Assembly: GCA_964036045.1 (NCBI GenBank) | Contig: OZ038378.1 | Span: 167,462,001 to 167,526,000 of the forward strand | Length of the DNA stretch: 64,000 nt | Reading direction: 5' to 3' | Source of the DNA: Eutreptiella sp. 'Long Island Sound 2002' | Taxonomy: Eukaryota; Protista; Euglenida | Shown here: piece after piece, positions 63,080 to 64,000 of the stretch | Position numbering within the stretch: the stretch's first letter is position 1 | Layout of the letters: each line of letters starts with the position of its first letter | Position numbers and translations under genes: made by a program | The notes under the pieces: model-generated | Databases searched by the model: none | What the model was told of the DNA's origin: nothing | Seen by the model: the letters and a program-made list of their open reading frames with translations, nothing else

Positions 63080-63121
63080 TGTCGGAAGTGCGGTGTGACA
63101 GGTCATTCCCAGGCTCAATGC
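63080..63121 (+). pseudogene. CCHC zinc-knuckle remnant (CRKCGVTGHSQAQC), gag-like
   Basis: C-x2-C-x4-H-x4-C spacing followed by further Cys/His-rich sequence. Confidence 0.45.
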
Positions 63122-64000
63122 CGGTGGAAAGGTGTGCTGCTGCTTTGCATCATCGCACTGCATTGCCCCGCTGCAAAGTGCCCATGTTGGCGGTGTTGTC
63201 TGATGGAAAGAGTGCTCTTCAACCGATGGCACAAGCGTTTTTGGCTGCTCTTGGGCGACTATTGTTGCTCTTCTGTGTGACGTCCTGCAAAGGCATCATC
63301 AGAGACACTACGCGGTGCTTCCGTGCTTCTCTTGCACATGTGTGTGCGTTGTGTGTTGTGCAAATGTGTGCGCTGTGTTTATGAATGTGTGTCTGTTTGT
63401 GTACCAACTTCCGCACGAAGTTGCCTGTCCAGGTCAGGGGTTGCTTTGGTTCTCTGCAGCCTCATGCCCAGGGGCGTGTGAGCTCACCCCTCACCGTGGT
63501 GTGGGGGTGTAACCAGGGGGGGGGGGGGGCTGGGCTAACACGCAACCTGGGGGGCGGCGTTGCCACAGGGTTGTATGCCCCACCCCCCGCTGCCCGGAAG
63601 CTTTTAAGTCTAGTGGGGTGCTTTGTCAAAAAACCTTGCGCAAAGCAGTCCTCTTGGGAGAGAAAACTTACCGACGTTTTTGCAAGTTGGGGTGGTCCGC
63701 TACCTGGGTGTCATATTCACACCTAGTGAGCCGCCAACCACTGGCACCATCTCAAGCATTAGAGGGAGGCCTTGCCGGAGCCTAACCCACCGTGGGGGAG
63801 CCACAATGGGGCAGGGCGGGCTCCACTGGAGGGGCGGGGGGGGGGGGGCGGTTTGTGGGGGTTTCCAGGCATCAGGCATCCCTGTGGCCCTGCCCACTCC
63901 CGGGCTTTGTGGTTCCCTCCCTCCTCCCTGGCCCCACTCCATTCTATAATCCTTGCTCAGGTGTGGATTATCCTTGGAGTGGGCAGAGCATGGGATCCTT

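Overview
Repeat-rich, gene-sparse nuclear DNA from a eukaryote, most likely a euglenid. The evidence is a near-perfect copy of the euglenid spliced-leader (SL) sequence at 41587-41612, long GT-AG introns and TTAGGG-type repeats. Three host-type genes are supported: (1) a 4-exon secreted histidine acid phosphatase (11304-18352, +; 420 aa when spliced), (2) an AlkB-family Fe(II)/2OG dioxygenase (30335-30991, +), and (3) an intronless 1118-aa type-I membrane protein with two parallel beta-helix modules (41620-44976, +). The main finding is that gene 3 looks like a complete retroposed trans-spliced mRNA. It has an SL relic 7 nt before the ATG and an A-rich tail relic at 51306-51327. The 9.74-kb block is bracketed by a perfect 25-bp direct repeat (41563-41587 and 51328-51352), consistent with a target-site duplication. 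The second notable system is a ~1.15-kb non-coding element with 13-bp asymmetric terminal inverted repeats. Every full copy sits between CCCTAA-type repeats (one solo copy at 38481-39628, a head-to-tail array at 51974-56326), and the array mixes subfamilies, which suggests telomeric-repeat-targeted mobility. The rest is decayed transposons (L1/Tx1-like RT, hAT transposase, MITEs, tRNA-like SINE heads), mini- and microsatellites, a few orphan ORFs and a 200-N gap. All protein family calls are from motif recognition by eye, not database searches.
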